From assembly GCA_021108325.1 (NCBI GenBank), contig JAIORB010000110.1:6415-70414 (forward strand): 64,000 bases of DNA, written 5' to 3'. A model generated the notes under the pieces. That model searched no databases. It was not told the origin of the DNA and saw nothing but the letters and a program-made list of their open reading frames with translations. This document shows, one piece after another, positions 47,429 to 57,397 of this stretch (positions are counted from its first letter, which is position 1; each line of letters begins with the position of its first letter). The stretch is from Bacteroidales bacterium. Its GTDB lineage: Bacteria > Bacteroidota > Bacteroidia > Bacteroidales > UBA12077. The position numbers and the translations under genes are program-made.

Positions 47429-47595
47429 ATTTTATTGTTTATTAAAATGTGTAAAATTATAAATGCTTAATTTTTCTTTTTCAAAATTAAAAATAAGATT
47501 ATTGATTTAATATTAAAAATATCATATTATTTACGAATCAAGTATGTTATAAAACAACATATATTTATCATTGTTCAAGCTTAAAATTCAAATAA

Positions 47596-48231
47596 TTAAA
47601 AATAAGGATTTGTACTTTTTTCGTGAGCAATTGTTGTACTTTCCCCATGCCCAGAATATACTACCACATCACCATTTAAAGTGAAAAGTTTATCATTAAT
47701 ACTTGCAATTAAAGTATGATAGTCGCCACCGGGAAGATCAGTTCTCCCAATACCACCTTTAAACAATACATCACCAACAATTACAAATTGTTCATCCTTG
47801 TTATACAAAGCAATACTTCCCGGCGAATGTCCCGGAACATGTTTAACCTTTAGGATGGTATTCCCAAATTTAATTTCATCGCCTTCATTTACAAACTGAC
47901 TTGGGGTTGGTGGTTCCTGAATATTAAACCCAAATGCCATAGCCATATCGTTTGAACGTTCAAGTAATGGCATATCCTCTTTATGAGCAATTGAATGAAC
48001 ATTATACTTATCAACTAGATAGGCATTCCCCATTATGTGATCGATATGGCAATGAGTGTTTATAATTAATTTTAAAGTCAGGTTATTCTCGGTAATATAA
48101 GTATCTAATTCTTTAAACTCATGCTCTTCGTTACAGCCTGCATCTATTATAATACATTCATTAGATTCGTCGTAAAGCAAAAAAGTATTTTCCTGGAACG
48201 GGTTAAATACAAATACTTTAATTTTTGTCAT
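47596..48231 (-). CDS. MBL-fold metallo-hydrolase (glyoxalase II-like)
   Basis: HTHCHIDH metal motif, then GHSPGS, GDVLF and GHG. Confidence 0.9.
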   Translation of the reverse strand: MTKIKVFVFNPFQENTFLLYDESNECIIIDAGCNEEHEFKELDTYITENNLTLKLIINTHCHIDHIMGNAYLVDKYNVHSIAHKEDMPLLERSNDMAMAFGFNIQEPPTPSQFVNEGDEIKFGNTILKVKHVPGHSPGSIALYNKDEQFVIVGDVLFKGGIGRTDLPGGDYHTLIASINDKLFTLNGDVVVYSGHGESTTIAHEKSTNPYF

Positions 48232-48246
48232 TATATATTAATTTAA

Positions 48247-48888
48247 TTATTGTTTACCTTTTAACATAGGCACAAAAGCAAAATACCCATGTTCTAATTC
48301 TTTGTACTCATCTTCATCTATACGATCAATTGTCATCATTACTTGCCCACTACCGCCTCCTACAGGAACTACCATTCTTCCACCTATTTTTAACTGTTTT
48401 AATAATTCTTTTGGTATCTCGGAAGCTCCAGCGGTTATTATGATTTTATCGAAAGGACTAAATTTAGGTTGACCTAAATAACCATCACCATAAAAAAAAT
48501 ATGGTTTATATCCCATCTCTGTAAGTAAAGCCCTTGATTTAAGATAAAGCTCACGATGACGTTCAATGGTATAAACCTTGGCCCCGAGTTCAAGTAAAAT
48601 AGCACATTGATATCCGGAACCTGTTCCTATTTCCAGTATTTTATCGTGTTTTTTAACTTGCAAAAGTTCTGTTTGAAAAGCAACAGTATAAGGCTGCGAA
48701 ATTGTTTGTCCAGCTCCAATAGGAAAAGCCTGATCACGATAAGCAAACTCAATAAATCCACTGTCCATAAAATTATGACGAGGAACTTTTCCTATTGCTT
48801 CAAGTATTCTTTTATCTTTTATACCCTTTTCCGAGATTGTATTAACAAGCTTTTTCCGCAATCCTTTGTGTCGGTATGAATCAGTCAT
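48247..48888 (-). CDS. pcm: Protein-L-isoaspartate O-methyltransferase
   Basis: PRHNFM, GQTISQPYTVA, and a SAM motif (LEIGTGSGYQCA). Confidence 0.93.
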   Translation of the reverse strand: MTDSYRHKGLRKKLVNTISEKGIKDKRILEAIGKVPRHNFMDSGFIEFAYRDQAFPIGAGQTISQPYTVAFQTELLQVKKHDKILEIGTGSGYQCAILLELGAKVYTIERHRELYLKSRALLTEMGYKPYFFYGDGYLGQPKFSPFDKIIITAGASEIPKELLKQLKIGGRMVVPVGGGSGQVMMTIDRIDEDEYKELEHGYFAFVPMLKGKQ

Positions 48889-49154
48889 TTACGAAATTGG
48901 TCAATAATAAAATAGTTCTCGCAAATATAACAGAACAATTCACAATTATCAAAGAAGACAAAATAATATTTTTTTTACTGCAGCAAGATAAAATAATACA
49001 CAAAATACATTAGTTATTAACCTTTTATCATTTTCAATTTGATAATGGTTCTTCGCTTTTCAGGTTATCAACATAATTTGGTTAATAAATAGGCCTAGTG
49101 AACTGTATTGTAATTTCTTAAAAGAATTAAGTTTGTATAAACAATAAATATATT

Positions 49155-50069
49155 ATGAAAATAGGACTGATTGGAATCAATACTTTAAATCAAGAGGAAC
49201 ATTTCAAATTAATACACGAGACATTACACAAAAATCTATATGGAATTTTCTCGCATTCTGAAGAAATTATGCCAATTAGTGCGAAATATAATATTAAACT
49301 TTTTCAATCAACAAATGAATTATTTGAAAAGGTTGATGCTGTTTATTTTGCCAACTCTTTAAAACCAAATTTCGATTTTGCGATAAATGCTCTTAAAAAA
49401 TCTTGTCATCTATTTATAGAAGATGTATCAATGCTTACTTTTGATGAGGTAAAACTGCTATATAAAGTTGCTTTCGAAGCAAGAACAAAAGTCCAGTTAA
49501 AACTCACAAAATCTTTCTCCCCTGAATATATCGAGGTAAAAGATTATTTGTCAGAACCGAAGTTTATTGAAATAAACAATAACTTTTCAAAGTTTCTCAG
49601 GTATGATGATTATTTCTCTGAAATTTTAAACAACCTTTATTTTGCAAATCAAAGTATTCATTCCGCAGTAAAAAAATTCTCATCATTAGCTTTACCTATC
49701 GACAATAATCATTTTAGTTTAGTAAATGTTCGGTTAGATTATGATAATGGAGCAATCGTAAATATGAAATTTAATAATATAGCCAACGAGGATGAAAGTT
49801 CAGTAACTTTTCATGAAAAAGACAGGATGGTTCATATTAATTTTGGTAAACATTCTGCAACAGCACATAAATTTGTTGAAGGGCAAATAACCAGGCAAGA
49901 GTTTAACATACCTAATGAAACGGCTTTTAGTCTTGAAATAGTAAATTTTATTAATACATGCAAAGATCCGGATATTCAAAATATATCAGAATCGCCAACC
50001 GTACTTAAAATTGTTGAGTTGACTCACATTATTAAAGAACGATTAATTCAATCATCCCAACCAGTTTAA
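49155..50069 (+). CDS. Hypothetical protein with a degenerate Gfo/Idh/MocA-like Rossmann N-terminus
   Basis: MKIGLIGIN... and the spacing resemble the oxidoreductase family, but the glycine-rich motif is degenerate. Confidence 0.45.
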   Translation: MKIGLIGINTLNQEEHFKLIHETLHKNLYGIFSHSEEIMPISAKYNIKLFQSTNELFEKVDAVYFANSLKPNFDFAINALKKSCHLFIEDVSMLTFDEVKLLYKVAFEARTKVQLKLTKSFSPEYIEVKDYLSEPKFIEINNNFSKFLRYDDYFSEILNNLYFANQSIHSAVKKFSSLALPIDNNHFSLVNVRLDYDNGAIVNMKFNNIANEDESSVTFHEKDRMVHINFGKHSATAHKFVEGQITRQEFNIPNETAFSLEIVNFINTCKDPDIQNISESPTVLKIVELTHIIKERLIQSSQPV

Positions 50070-50136
50070 GCTACAACACATTATCAGTGGATAGTAATTA
50101 AATTGCTTTTTTATTAAGGTAACCTCTATTAATTGG

Positions 50137-50308
50137 TTCGCATCAAAATTTCCATAGCTTTTCAAAGGCAAGAAAAAACTTTGAAGGACTATCGGGATAA
50201 TGCGAAAAGTTTTGACAAAGAATTTGGAAAGCTATGGAAACCATACGGGAATAAAGATAATAAACGATTTGACTGCGTTATATTTTATTTTCAATAGCTA
50301 TGGCTATT
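50137..50308. promoter_or_regulatory. Repeat-dense leader upstream of the sugar transferase gene (three AGCTATGG/CCATAGCT motifs, interleaved inverted repeats)
   Basis: 13-bp inverted repeat TTTCCATAGCTTT (50149..50161) / AAAGCTATGGAAA (50228..50240). TTCGCAT (50137..50143) / ATGCGAA (50200..50206) is interleaved with it. Local hairpins at 50161..50185 and 50293..50308. Confidence 0.4.
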
Positions 50309-50445
50309 CAAAAAAAATATGTCTTGCATCTCATTCATTATCTTTATTTTTTGAAAAAAACGAATTATTAGAGATTACCTTTACAACAAATTCATTTCTT
50401 TTACGTTTTAAATATTACTCTTTTTGTTAGCCAACTATACATTGG

Positions 50446-51861
50446 ATGAATAAACGTTTACACATTTTTAAATATCTTTTTTTCGATTTTCTAACGGCAA
50501 TTATTAGTTGGACCTTATTTTATATTTACAGAAAAACATATATAGAGCCTTTAAAATTGGGATATGAAATACCTATCGAGCTTACACACAAATATTATCT
50601 GGGCATACTTATTATTCCTCTATTTTGGATTTTTCTATATTATTTAAGTGGATATTATAAAGATATTTATAGAAAATCCAGATTAAAAGAACTTGCCCAA
50701 ACAATTTTTACAATTTTATTGGGATCAATAATTATATTTTTCACCCTGTTGCTTGATGACGAAGTACTTAACTACAAACATTATTATAAGTTATTTGCAT
50801 CGCTTATATTAATACAATTTGTAGCCACGTATATTCCCAGATTAATAATTACTTCTATAACAAATTATAAGGTTCATAGTCGTAAAATCGGGTTTAATAC
50901 TATTATACTTGGAGGGAATAGGAAAGCTGTAGAGATCTACCATAACATTGAAAGCCAGCCACGATCAGTTGGAAATAAATTTGTTGGATTTATAAGTATT
51001 GTTGAAAAAGAAAAACACTTATTAGAAAAACATTTAAATAAGCTAGGCAATTTAAAGGATATTAGGGAAATTATCGACAAGTTTAAGATAGAAGAAGTTA
51101 TTATTGCTTTAGAATATACCGAACACAAAGAAATTGAGAAAATAATTAATTTTTTAGATGATAAAAATGTTGAGATTAAAGTCATTGCAAGTATGTACGA
51201 TATATTAACAGGTAAAGTAAAAATGGCACATATTTACAGTACTCCGCTTATTCAAATTTCGCATAGCCTAATACCCACATGGCAACAACAAGCTAAACAA
51301 TTAATCGATATTAGTCTTTCTCTTTTTTCACTAATCGTTTTTTCTCCTATATTTATATTTCTTGCAATAGGTATAAAACTTACATCAAAAGGGCCTGTAT
51401 TTTACAGTCATGAACGAATTGGACAATTTGGAAAACCTTTTACATTGTACAAATTCAGGTCAATGTATACCGATGCCGAAAAAAATGGTCCTGCTCTATC
51501 TTCAAAAAATGATAACAGGATTACTCCTTTTGGTAAGTTTATGCGAAAAGCCAAACTTGATGAATTACCAAATTTTTATAACGTTCTAAAAGGTGATATG
51601 TCGCTGGTTGGACCGAGACCCGAAAGAAAATATTACATTGATCAAATCATAGAAAAAGCTCCTCATTACTTACATCTACAGAAAATTAAACCGGGCATTA
51701 CTTCCTGGGGCCAGGTTAAATATGGATATGCTGAAAATGTTGAACAAATGATAAACCGTCTTAAGTATGATATTCTTTACATTGAAAACATGTCGGTGTA
51801 CGTTGATTTTAAAATAATGATTTACACCATTCTAAAAATACTTAAGGGAAAACATATTTAG
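50446..51861 (+). CDS. Polyprenyl-phosphate glycosyl-1-phosphate transferase (WbaP/WcaJ-type priming sugar transferase)
   Basis: N-terminal TM bundle and a C-terminal bacterial sugar transferase domain (KGPVFYSHERIGQFGKPFTLYKFRSM...LDELPNFYNVLKGDMSLVGPRP). Confidence 0.9.
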   Translation: MNKRLHIFKYLFFDFLTAIISWTLFYIYRKTYIEPLKLGYEIPIELTHKYYLGILIIPLFWIFLYYLSGYYKDIYRKSRLKELAQTIFTILLGSIIIFFTLLLDDEVLNYKHYYKLFASLILIQFVATYIPRLIITSITNYKVHSRKIGFNTIILGGNRKAVEIYHNIESQPRSVGNKFVGFISIVEKEKHLLEKHLNKLGNLKDIREIIDKFKIEEVIIALEYTEHKEIEKIINFLDDKNVEIKVIASMYDILTGKVKMAHIYSTPLIQISHSLIPTWQQQAKQLIDISLSLFSLIVFSPIFIFLAIGIKLTSKGPVFYSHERIGQFGKPFTLYKFRSMYTDAEKNGPALSSKNDNRITPFGKFMRKAKLDELPNFYNVLKGDMSLVGPRPERKYYIDQIIEKAPHYLHLQKIKPGITSWGQVKYGYAENVEQMINRLKYDILYIENMSVYVDFKIMIYTILKILKGKHI

Positions 51862-52415
51862 ATTAAAGGAACCTTTTTTAATACTTCATATACAGGCCCT
51901 TTAGGTGTAAGTTTGCTTTCATAAAATATTACTTCATTAATACTAAAATCCTGAATCTCAACTTCCTTGTATTTTTCAAGTGCATTTTTGATTTTATCCT
52001 TGTTCTTAATGAATTTTACCCTACCAATAGTTAGATGAGGCTTAAAATCTCTTTCTTCAATCGTAAATCCAAACGAACTTATGACTTTATCAACTGCTAA
52101 TTTAAGGTTTGTAAGATTTTCTGATTGTCTGATTCCAAACCATAAAATTTTAGGTTTATAAACATTTTTAAAAACACCTACTCCTTCACTGCTCAAAGTA
52201 AACGATTTAATTTTTCCAAGATTATCGGTCAATTTATTGCCAATTTCATCAATAATGTTTTCATCGATATTGCCAATAAAAAATAACGTAATATGTAAAT
52301 TCCAATCTTCTACCCACTTTATTTTTTCATCTTTTAGAGCAAATTTAATATCTTGAATAAACTCAGCTGTTTGCTTTGATATTGGAGTTCTTATAGCTAT
52401 AAATGTTCTTTTCAT
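51858..52415 (-). CDS. thpR: RNA 2',3'-cyclic phosphodiesterase (2H family, LigT/ThpR)
   Basis: Two HxTx motifs (HITLFF, HLTIGR), 185 aa. Confidence 0.88.
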   Translation of the reverse strand: MKRTFIAIRTPISKQTAEFIQDIKFALKDEKIKWVEDWNLHITLFFIGNIDENIIDEIGNKLTDNLGKIKSFTLSSEGVGVFKNVYKPKILWFGIRQSENLTNLKLAVDKVISSFGFTIEERDFKPHLTIGRVKFIKNKDKIKNALEKYKEVEIQDFSINEVIFYESKLTPKGPVYEVLKKVPLI

Positions 52416-52512
52416 TGTGTTTCTGACTTGAAATCAATGCAAAATAGATTTATATTTACAATAAATCAATAAAATATCGGAATTATATTTATAAACTAAA
52501 AACAACCATATC

Positions 52513-53160
52513 ATGAAAAAAATTGCCGTTGTTTTAGCCGGAAATGGAGTCTTTGATGGAGCCGAAATCCACGAGGCAACACTTACATTATATTCAATTG
52601 AAAAAAATGGAGCCACTTATGAAATTTTTGCTCCAAATATCGATCAGCATCATGTAATAAATCATATTACAGGAGAAGAAATGCCTGAAAAAAGGAATGT
52701 TATGATCGAAGCTGCTCGAATTGCCCGTGGTAAAATAACCGATTTAGCAAAGTTTAAAGCTAAAGATTTTGATGCTTTAATTTTTCCCGGAGGTTTTGGT
52801 GTGGCTAAAAATCTTTGTTCTTTTGCTTTTGATGGAATAGACTGTACCGTTAACCTGGATGTTGAAAAAGCAATCAGAAGTATGATTGAACAGAAAAAAC
52901 CTGTAGGTGCCCTTTGTATAGCACCGGTTCTGTTAGCAAAAATATTAGGCAATGTTGAACTTACTATTGGTCAGGATAAAAATACAGCAGATGCAATAAA
53001 AAGTATGGGTGCAAAGCATAAGGACACCACACATGGAGAAATTATAATTGATGAGAATCACAAAATTGTTACTACACCTTGTTATATGCTAGATGCAAAT
53101 ATTAGTCAAATTGGCGATGGTGCAAATAATATTGTAAAAGCTATTTTGGATTTAGCCTAA
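52513..53160 (+). CDS. elbB: DJ-1/PfpI-family glyoxalase ElbB
   Basis: MKKIAVVLAGNGVFDGAEIHE..., FPGGFGVAKNL, and GALCIAPVLLAK, colinear with E. coli ElbB. Confidence 0.85.
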   Translation: MKKIAVVLAGNGVFDGAEIHEATLTLYSIEKNGATYEIFAPNIDQHHVINHITGEEMPEKRNVMIEAARIARGKITDLAKFKAKDFDALIFPGGFGVAKNLCSFAFDGIDCTVNLDVEKAIRSMIEQKKPVGALCIAPVLLAKILGNVELTIGQDKNTADAIKSMGAKHKDTTHGEIIIDENHKIVTTPCYMLDANISQIGDGANNIVKAILDLA

Positions 53161-53216
53161 GAGAATTTTAAGGTTGCCTCTAAAAATTCAAACATAAAAT
53201 GTCATATTGGAAAGTA

Positions 53217-53858
53217 TCAGTATGACATTTTTAGTCTTTCCATTACTTTATGATCCAACTTTATTTGTCCTGTTTCAATAAGTCTTACAACACGCTCAAC
53301 CAGAAAATCATCCCCTTGCGGATCATACTGCGATTTTAAATCAGATCCAAAAAGACGAGCTATGGTTTGCCAAAATACGGCTGAAACTGTCCCTCGTAAA
53401 TCTTTTAATAATGCATAGGAAGTATTTCCTGTTTCTCTATCAATAAGTTTTAGTAAAATTCTTCCTTGTGTAATAGTAAGTTTCTTTAGTTCTTTTCCAA
53501 ACTCGTCCATCAATTGCTTTTCAATAGTCTTAACATACTTTTTTCTCTCTTTTTCCGTAGTAAGATTTTGAAACTCATGTTCCATTTGATCAAGCTTGTT
53601 TTTGGCATATATTGCATAAGGATATGCCCTTTTCACATCCCTTATTAACTTCCTGTATCGTCTGGCCCTATATCTATTCTTAAAAATCAAACGTGGAAAA
53701 ATAACCACTTCTTCAATACTTACATTAGGAATAGTGTCGCCATCAACAATTACAGTTCTGGTAATAATTAAAGTATCCTTATCAGAATTATTTTGCCCTG
53801 AGCTATAATTCGTGAGAAATACAAAAATTATCAATATATTAATCCAATATGGTTTCAT
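53217..53858 (-). CDS. DUF4294-family protein
   Basis: Signal peptide, plus VKRAYPYA and LTITQGRILLKLIDRETGNTSYALLKDLRG...FWQTIARLFG blocks, recalled from DUF4294. Confidence 0.7.
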   Translation of the reverse strand: MKPYWINILIIFVFLTNYSSGQNNSDKDTLIITRTVIVDGDTIPNVSIEEVVIFPRLIFKNRYRARRYRKLIRDVKRAYPYAIYAKNKLDQMEHEFQNLTTEKERKKYVKTIEKQLMDEFGKELKKLTITQGRILLKLIDRETGNTSYALLKDLRGTVSAVFWQTIARLFGSDLKSQYDPQGDDFLVERVVRLIETGQIKLDHKVMERLKMSY

Positions 53859-54040
53859 TCACATCTTAAATTTTCAACAATAATACGAACGAAAACTTAA
53901 ATTGTTGTGAGGGAATCAAATTAAACATGTAATTTTTCAATAAGTTAAGCAATTGTTAATAAATATGTCTTAAAATTTTAGCAATGTTCAATTTGCATTT
54001 TTACATTGTACCGTTTTTATGATATTTTCTTTTATATTCA

Positions 54041-56434
54041 ATGGAAAACCAAACAAAAAAATCGAATACAGAATTACAATCCGAAAAATTTGATACCAAA
54101 TTATTATTAAAGGCTACACAAGAATTATCTGCTGAAATATTTAAAGAAAATCTTTTTGCAAAAATTCTAACTCTTTCTACAAAATTATTAAATGCAACAA
54201 AAGCAATATTATTGCTTTATAAAGATAACTCCTTGAAAATAAGAGCAATTAAGAATGAAATTATTCATGAGCCTATTATAGTCGATTCTATGCCTTATGA
54301 AAATTCAAAAGATCTTTCCCATGATATAATTGAATCAGTAATAAAATCTAATACTTTTATTGTTTTTAATAATGCCCTAAGTAAAGAATCAGTAGCTCAT
54401 ACTAATTATATTAAACACAATAATGTAAAATCCTTATTGTGTTATCCGGTTATTTACCGAAAAAAACTTTTGGGAATATTATACTTAGAAAATAATGTTG
54501 TTGAAAACACATTTTCTCCTTTAAAACTTGAAATAATTGAGATTTTAATGGGTCAAATTTCCATTTCATTAAAGAATGTTATTTTTTATTCGCAGATGGA
54601 AAAAAGGCTTATTGACAGAACAGACGAAACAGAACAACAATTAGAAGAAATCGCTGTTCAAACCGAACATTTAAAACTAATAAACAGAGATTTAGAAGAA
54701 AAAAACGTAAAGATAAATCAACAAAAAAGAGAAATACAAGAACAGGCCAGACAACTTGAGATTAAAAATAAGGAATTAGAGAAACTATTTATTTCAACTC
54801 AAAAAACAGATAATTCCATTGTAATAGCAGATGCAAATGGAGAAATTGAATGGGTTAATGAAGGATTTAGCAGAATGTATGGTTATTCCTTACCAGAATT
54901 TATTGAAGAGAAAGGATTAACTCTAATATCAGCAAGTTCATATCCCCAAATTGAAGAAACAATTAATGAGATAATCAAAACAAAAAAATCTATTAGTTAT
55001 AATACCCGGGGAAATAACAAATCGAATAAATCAATTTGGATGCGTACTACCGTAACTCCTATTTTGGATGAAGAAGGAGCAATTTACAAGCTAGTAGCAA
55101 TCGATTCAGATATTACCAAAATAAAAGAAGCTGAGGAAGAGATTGTAAAACAAAAAGAAGAAATCGAAGCTCAAAGAGATTTTGCTAACGAACAAAAAAG
55201 ACAAATACAACTACAAAATATTGAACTTGAAAATCACCAAACGCAACTTGAAAAGATAGTAGAAGAAAGAACGGCGCAATTAAAAATAGCAAAAGTAAAA
55301 GCAGAAGAATCCGATCGTCTGAAATCTTCGTTTCTGGCAAACATGTCTCATGAAATTCGAACACCGATGAATGCAATCATTGGGTTCTCTGAACTGATCT
55401 CTGATTCGGATATTGATCAAAATCAACGAAAAGAATTGGTTTCTCACTTGAATAGTAATTGTAATTCATTACTACATTTAATTGATGATATAATTGATAT
55501 TGCTAGAATCGAAGCCGGGCAATTGCGAATTTTTAAACAAGATTGTTTTATTAACCAAACGATCATTGAACTTTACGAATTGTTTAGCGAAACTAATTTA
55601 AAACAAATTAAAAATGTCGAGCTGATTGTTGAAATGGAAAATACCGACGAAAACTTATCAATATTTACTGATCCTTATCGGTTCAGACAGGTAATGAATA
55701 ATTTAATAGGTAATGCTATTAAATTTACCGATCAGGGATATATTAAATTTGGATATCATATTTCGCCTAAAGGATTTGAAAACTATATCAGGTTTTTTGT
55801 TAAGGACACAGGAATTGGTTTGAATAAAAAAGAACAAAAAGAAATTTTTGAACAGTTCAGAAAGGTAGATTCAGAAGCAAATAACAAATTGTACCGTGGA
55901 GCCGGATTGGGGTTAGCAATATCTAAAAATCTGATTAATGAGTTGGGTGGCGAAATCTGGATTACATCTGAATCCGGAATAGGATCTACTTTTTATTTTA
56001 CTCTCCCCTATGTAAAAACAAACAAAAAATATAAACAGCTTGAGCCGGAAAATAAAAATTATAATTGGGAAAATAAAACTATTTTAATTGCTGAAGATGA
56101 AAAAAGTAATATTGAGATGATTAAGCTGGTTCTACAAAAAACCAATGTAAATATTATTCATGTTCAAAACGGGAAAGATGCAATTAATAAATGCAAAGAA
56201 CTAAAAGAAATTGACCTGATATTATTAGATATTAAAATGCCTAAACTTAATGGTTTAGATGCAACCCGTGAAATCCGCAAATTCAATAAAAAAATTCCAA
56301 TAATTGCATTTACAGCTTATGCAATGCCTGCTGATCAACAAAAAGCTAAGAAAGCAGGGTGTACCGACTTTATTGCTAAGCCTATTAAAAAAGACAAACT
56401 ACTTGGGAAATTAGATCATTATCTTAACAAATAA
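54041..56434 (+). CDS. Hybrid sensor histidine kinase/response regulator (GAF-coiled coil-PAS-HisKA-HATPase-REC)
   Basis: GAF-like N-terminus, PAS (IEWVNEGFSRMYGY), H-box (ANMSHEIRTPMNAI), HATPase (DTGIGL, GAGLGLAISK) and a receiver (ILIAEDE, LLDIKMP). Confidence 0.9.
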   Translation: MENQTKKSNTELQSEKFDTKLLLKATQELSAEIFKENLFAKILTLSTKLLNATKAILLLYKDNSLKIRAIKNEIIHEPIIVDSMPYENSKDLSHDIIESVIKSNTFIVFNNALSKESVAHTNYIKHNNVKSLLCYPVIYRKKLLGILYLENNVVENTFSPLKLEIIEILMGQISISLKNVIFYSQMEKRLIDRTDETEQQLEEIAVQTEHLKLINRDLEEKNVKINQQKREIQEQARQLEIKNKELEKLFISTQKTDNSIVIADANGEIEWVNEGFSRMYGYSLPEFIEEKGLTLISASSYPQIEETINEIIKTKKSISYNTRGNNKSNKSIWMRTTVTPILDEEGAIYKLVAIDSDITKIKEAEEEIVKQKEEIEAQRDFANEQKRQIQLQNIELENHQTQLEKIVEERTAQLKIAKVKAEESDRLKSSFLANMSHEIRTPMNAIIGFSELISDSDIDQNQRKELVSHLNSNCNSLLHLIDDIIDIARIEAGQLRIFKQDCFINQTIIELYELFSETNLKQIKNVELIVEMENTDENLSIFTDPYRFRQVMNNLIGNAIKFTDQGYIKFGYHISPKGFENYIRFFVKDTGIGLNKKEQKEIFEQFRKVDSEANNKLYRGAGLGLAISKNLINELGGEIWITSESGIGSTFYFTLPYVKTNKKYKQLEPENKNYNWENKTILIAEDEKSNIEMIKLVLQKTNVNIIHVQNGKDAINKCKELKEIDLILLDIKMPKLNGLDATREIRKFNKKIPIIAFTAYAMPADQQKAKKAGCTDFIAKPIKKDKLLGKLDHYLNK

Positions 56435-56448
56435 GTAAAGAATCTACC

Positions 56449-56561
56449 CTCTAAGAAGTTGGCTTTAATATGAGTCCAAAGGGCTCTAAAAAAACGATAC
56501 CGGATTTATGGAATATTGGAGTTTGTAAACTTCCTTAATAAGAACATCATTCCATTATTCC
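56449..56561. repeat. Copy of a dispersed intergenic repeat family (CTCTAAGAAGnTnGCTTT ... GGAATAATGGAAT)
   Basis: CTCTAAGAAGTTGGCTTT (56449..56466) matches CTCTAAGAAGGTAGCTTT (18181..18198). ATTCCATTATTCC (56549..56561) is the reverse complement of GGAATAATGGAAT (18245..18257). Confidence 0.5.
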
Positions 56562-56720
56562 AGCGTTCCAGAAGATTAAAGCGTAGCCAAACAAACATAA
56601 CCACACCCAAAGGATGCGGATTTTCAAATTAGATTAAATATTCCATCATCTTTCATTGTAAATAGTAAGTAGTTATCTATTTTCGCATAAAATTATAATT
56701 ACATGCAAAACAGAGAATAA

Positions 56721-57122
56721 GTGAATAAAGTAATAAAACAACCTTCAAACCGACTTGTTAAATACCTTCTGGCTTCGCTTGGTTTAATTTCCTTATCTCT
56801 GGGGATTGTAGGAATATTTCTACCATTACTGCCAACTACTCCGTTTCTTATTTTATCAGCAGCTTTATTTATGAAAAGTTCTAAAAGGCTTTATAACTGG
56901 CTAATGAATCATAAATATCTCGGTGAACATTTGCAAAACTATTTACTTCATAAAACAATATCGAAAAAATCCAAAATATCCGCATTATCATTATTATGGA
57001 TAGCTATTTTAGCTACTATAATTATGATTATTGATAACTTAATTATCAAAATATTACTTTTGGTAATAGCAATTGCTGTAACAATTCATATCTTATCTTT
57101 TAAATCAAATAAAGAAAAATGA
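56721..57122 (+). CDS. DUF454/YbaN-family inner membrane protein
   Basis: 133 aa. GIVGIFLPLLPTTPFLILSAALFMKSSKRLYNWL is typical of YbaN. GTG start. Confidence 0.8.
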   Translation: MNKVIKQPSNRLVKYLLASLGLISLSLGIVGIFLPLLPTTPFLILSAALFMKSSKRLYNWLMNHKYLGEHLQNYLLHKTISKKSKISALSLLWIAILATIIMIIDNLIIKILLLVIAIAVTIHILSFKSNKEK

Positions 57123-57397
57123 TAACAGTATTAGTCCTAATGACTTTTGGAATTCTGATCGGATGGTTTTTACATAAAAAGGATAAAATCTTAAAAATAT
57201 CATCTGAATTAACAAATTGGGCAATATACTTACTTTTGTTTTTATTAGGATTATCAGTAGGCACTAACGAAGAAATCCTGAATAATTTCGACAAAATTGG
57301 TTATCAATCTATTCTGATCACAGTTTTTGCTGTAATTGGAAGTGTTTTAGTTTCGTGGTTAACTTATATATTATTTTTTAAAAAGAATGAAAGGTAG
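57119..57397 (+). CDS. LysO (DUF340)-family transporter, small subunit
   Basis: 92 aa, three hydrophobic helices. ATGA overlap with the upstream gene and an 11-nt overlap with the large subunit gene. Confidence 0.65.
   Translation: MITVLVLMTFGILIGWFLHKKDKILKISSELTNWAIYLLLFLLGLSVGTNEEILNNFDKIGYQSILITVFAVIGSVLVSWLTYILFFKKNER

Noticed and set aside
47429-47595. Looked for a glycine riboswitch in the gcvP leader.
   Set aside because: The leader is almost pure A/T. On either strand I could not find the conserved GGAGAG / CACCG-type cores or paired aptamer helices.
50149-50240. The 13-bp inverted repeat as the boundaries of an invertible promoter (inverton) for the polysaccharide gene.
   Set aside because: Only 66 nt lie between the repeats. 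There is no TAnnTTTG promoter motif inside in either orientation, and no invertase or recombinase gene in the window. It is kept only as a structured or operator-like leader.
50200-50430. 76-aa ORF in the spacer before the sugar transferase (also 18202..18408 and 61186..61368).
   Set aside because: These ORFs sit in repeat-laden or AT-rich spacers, with no recognisable domain or signal and poor start context. They are more likely noncoding.
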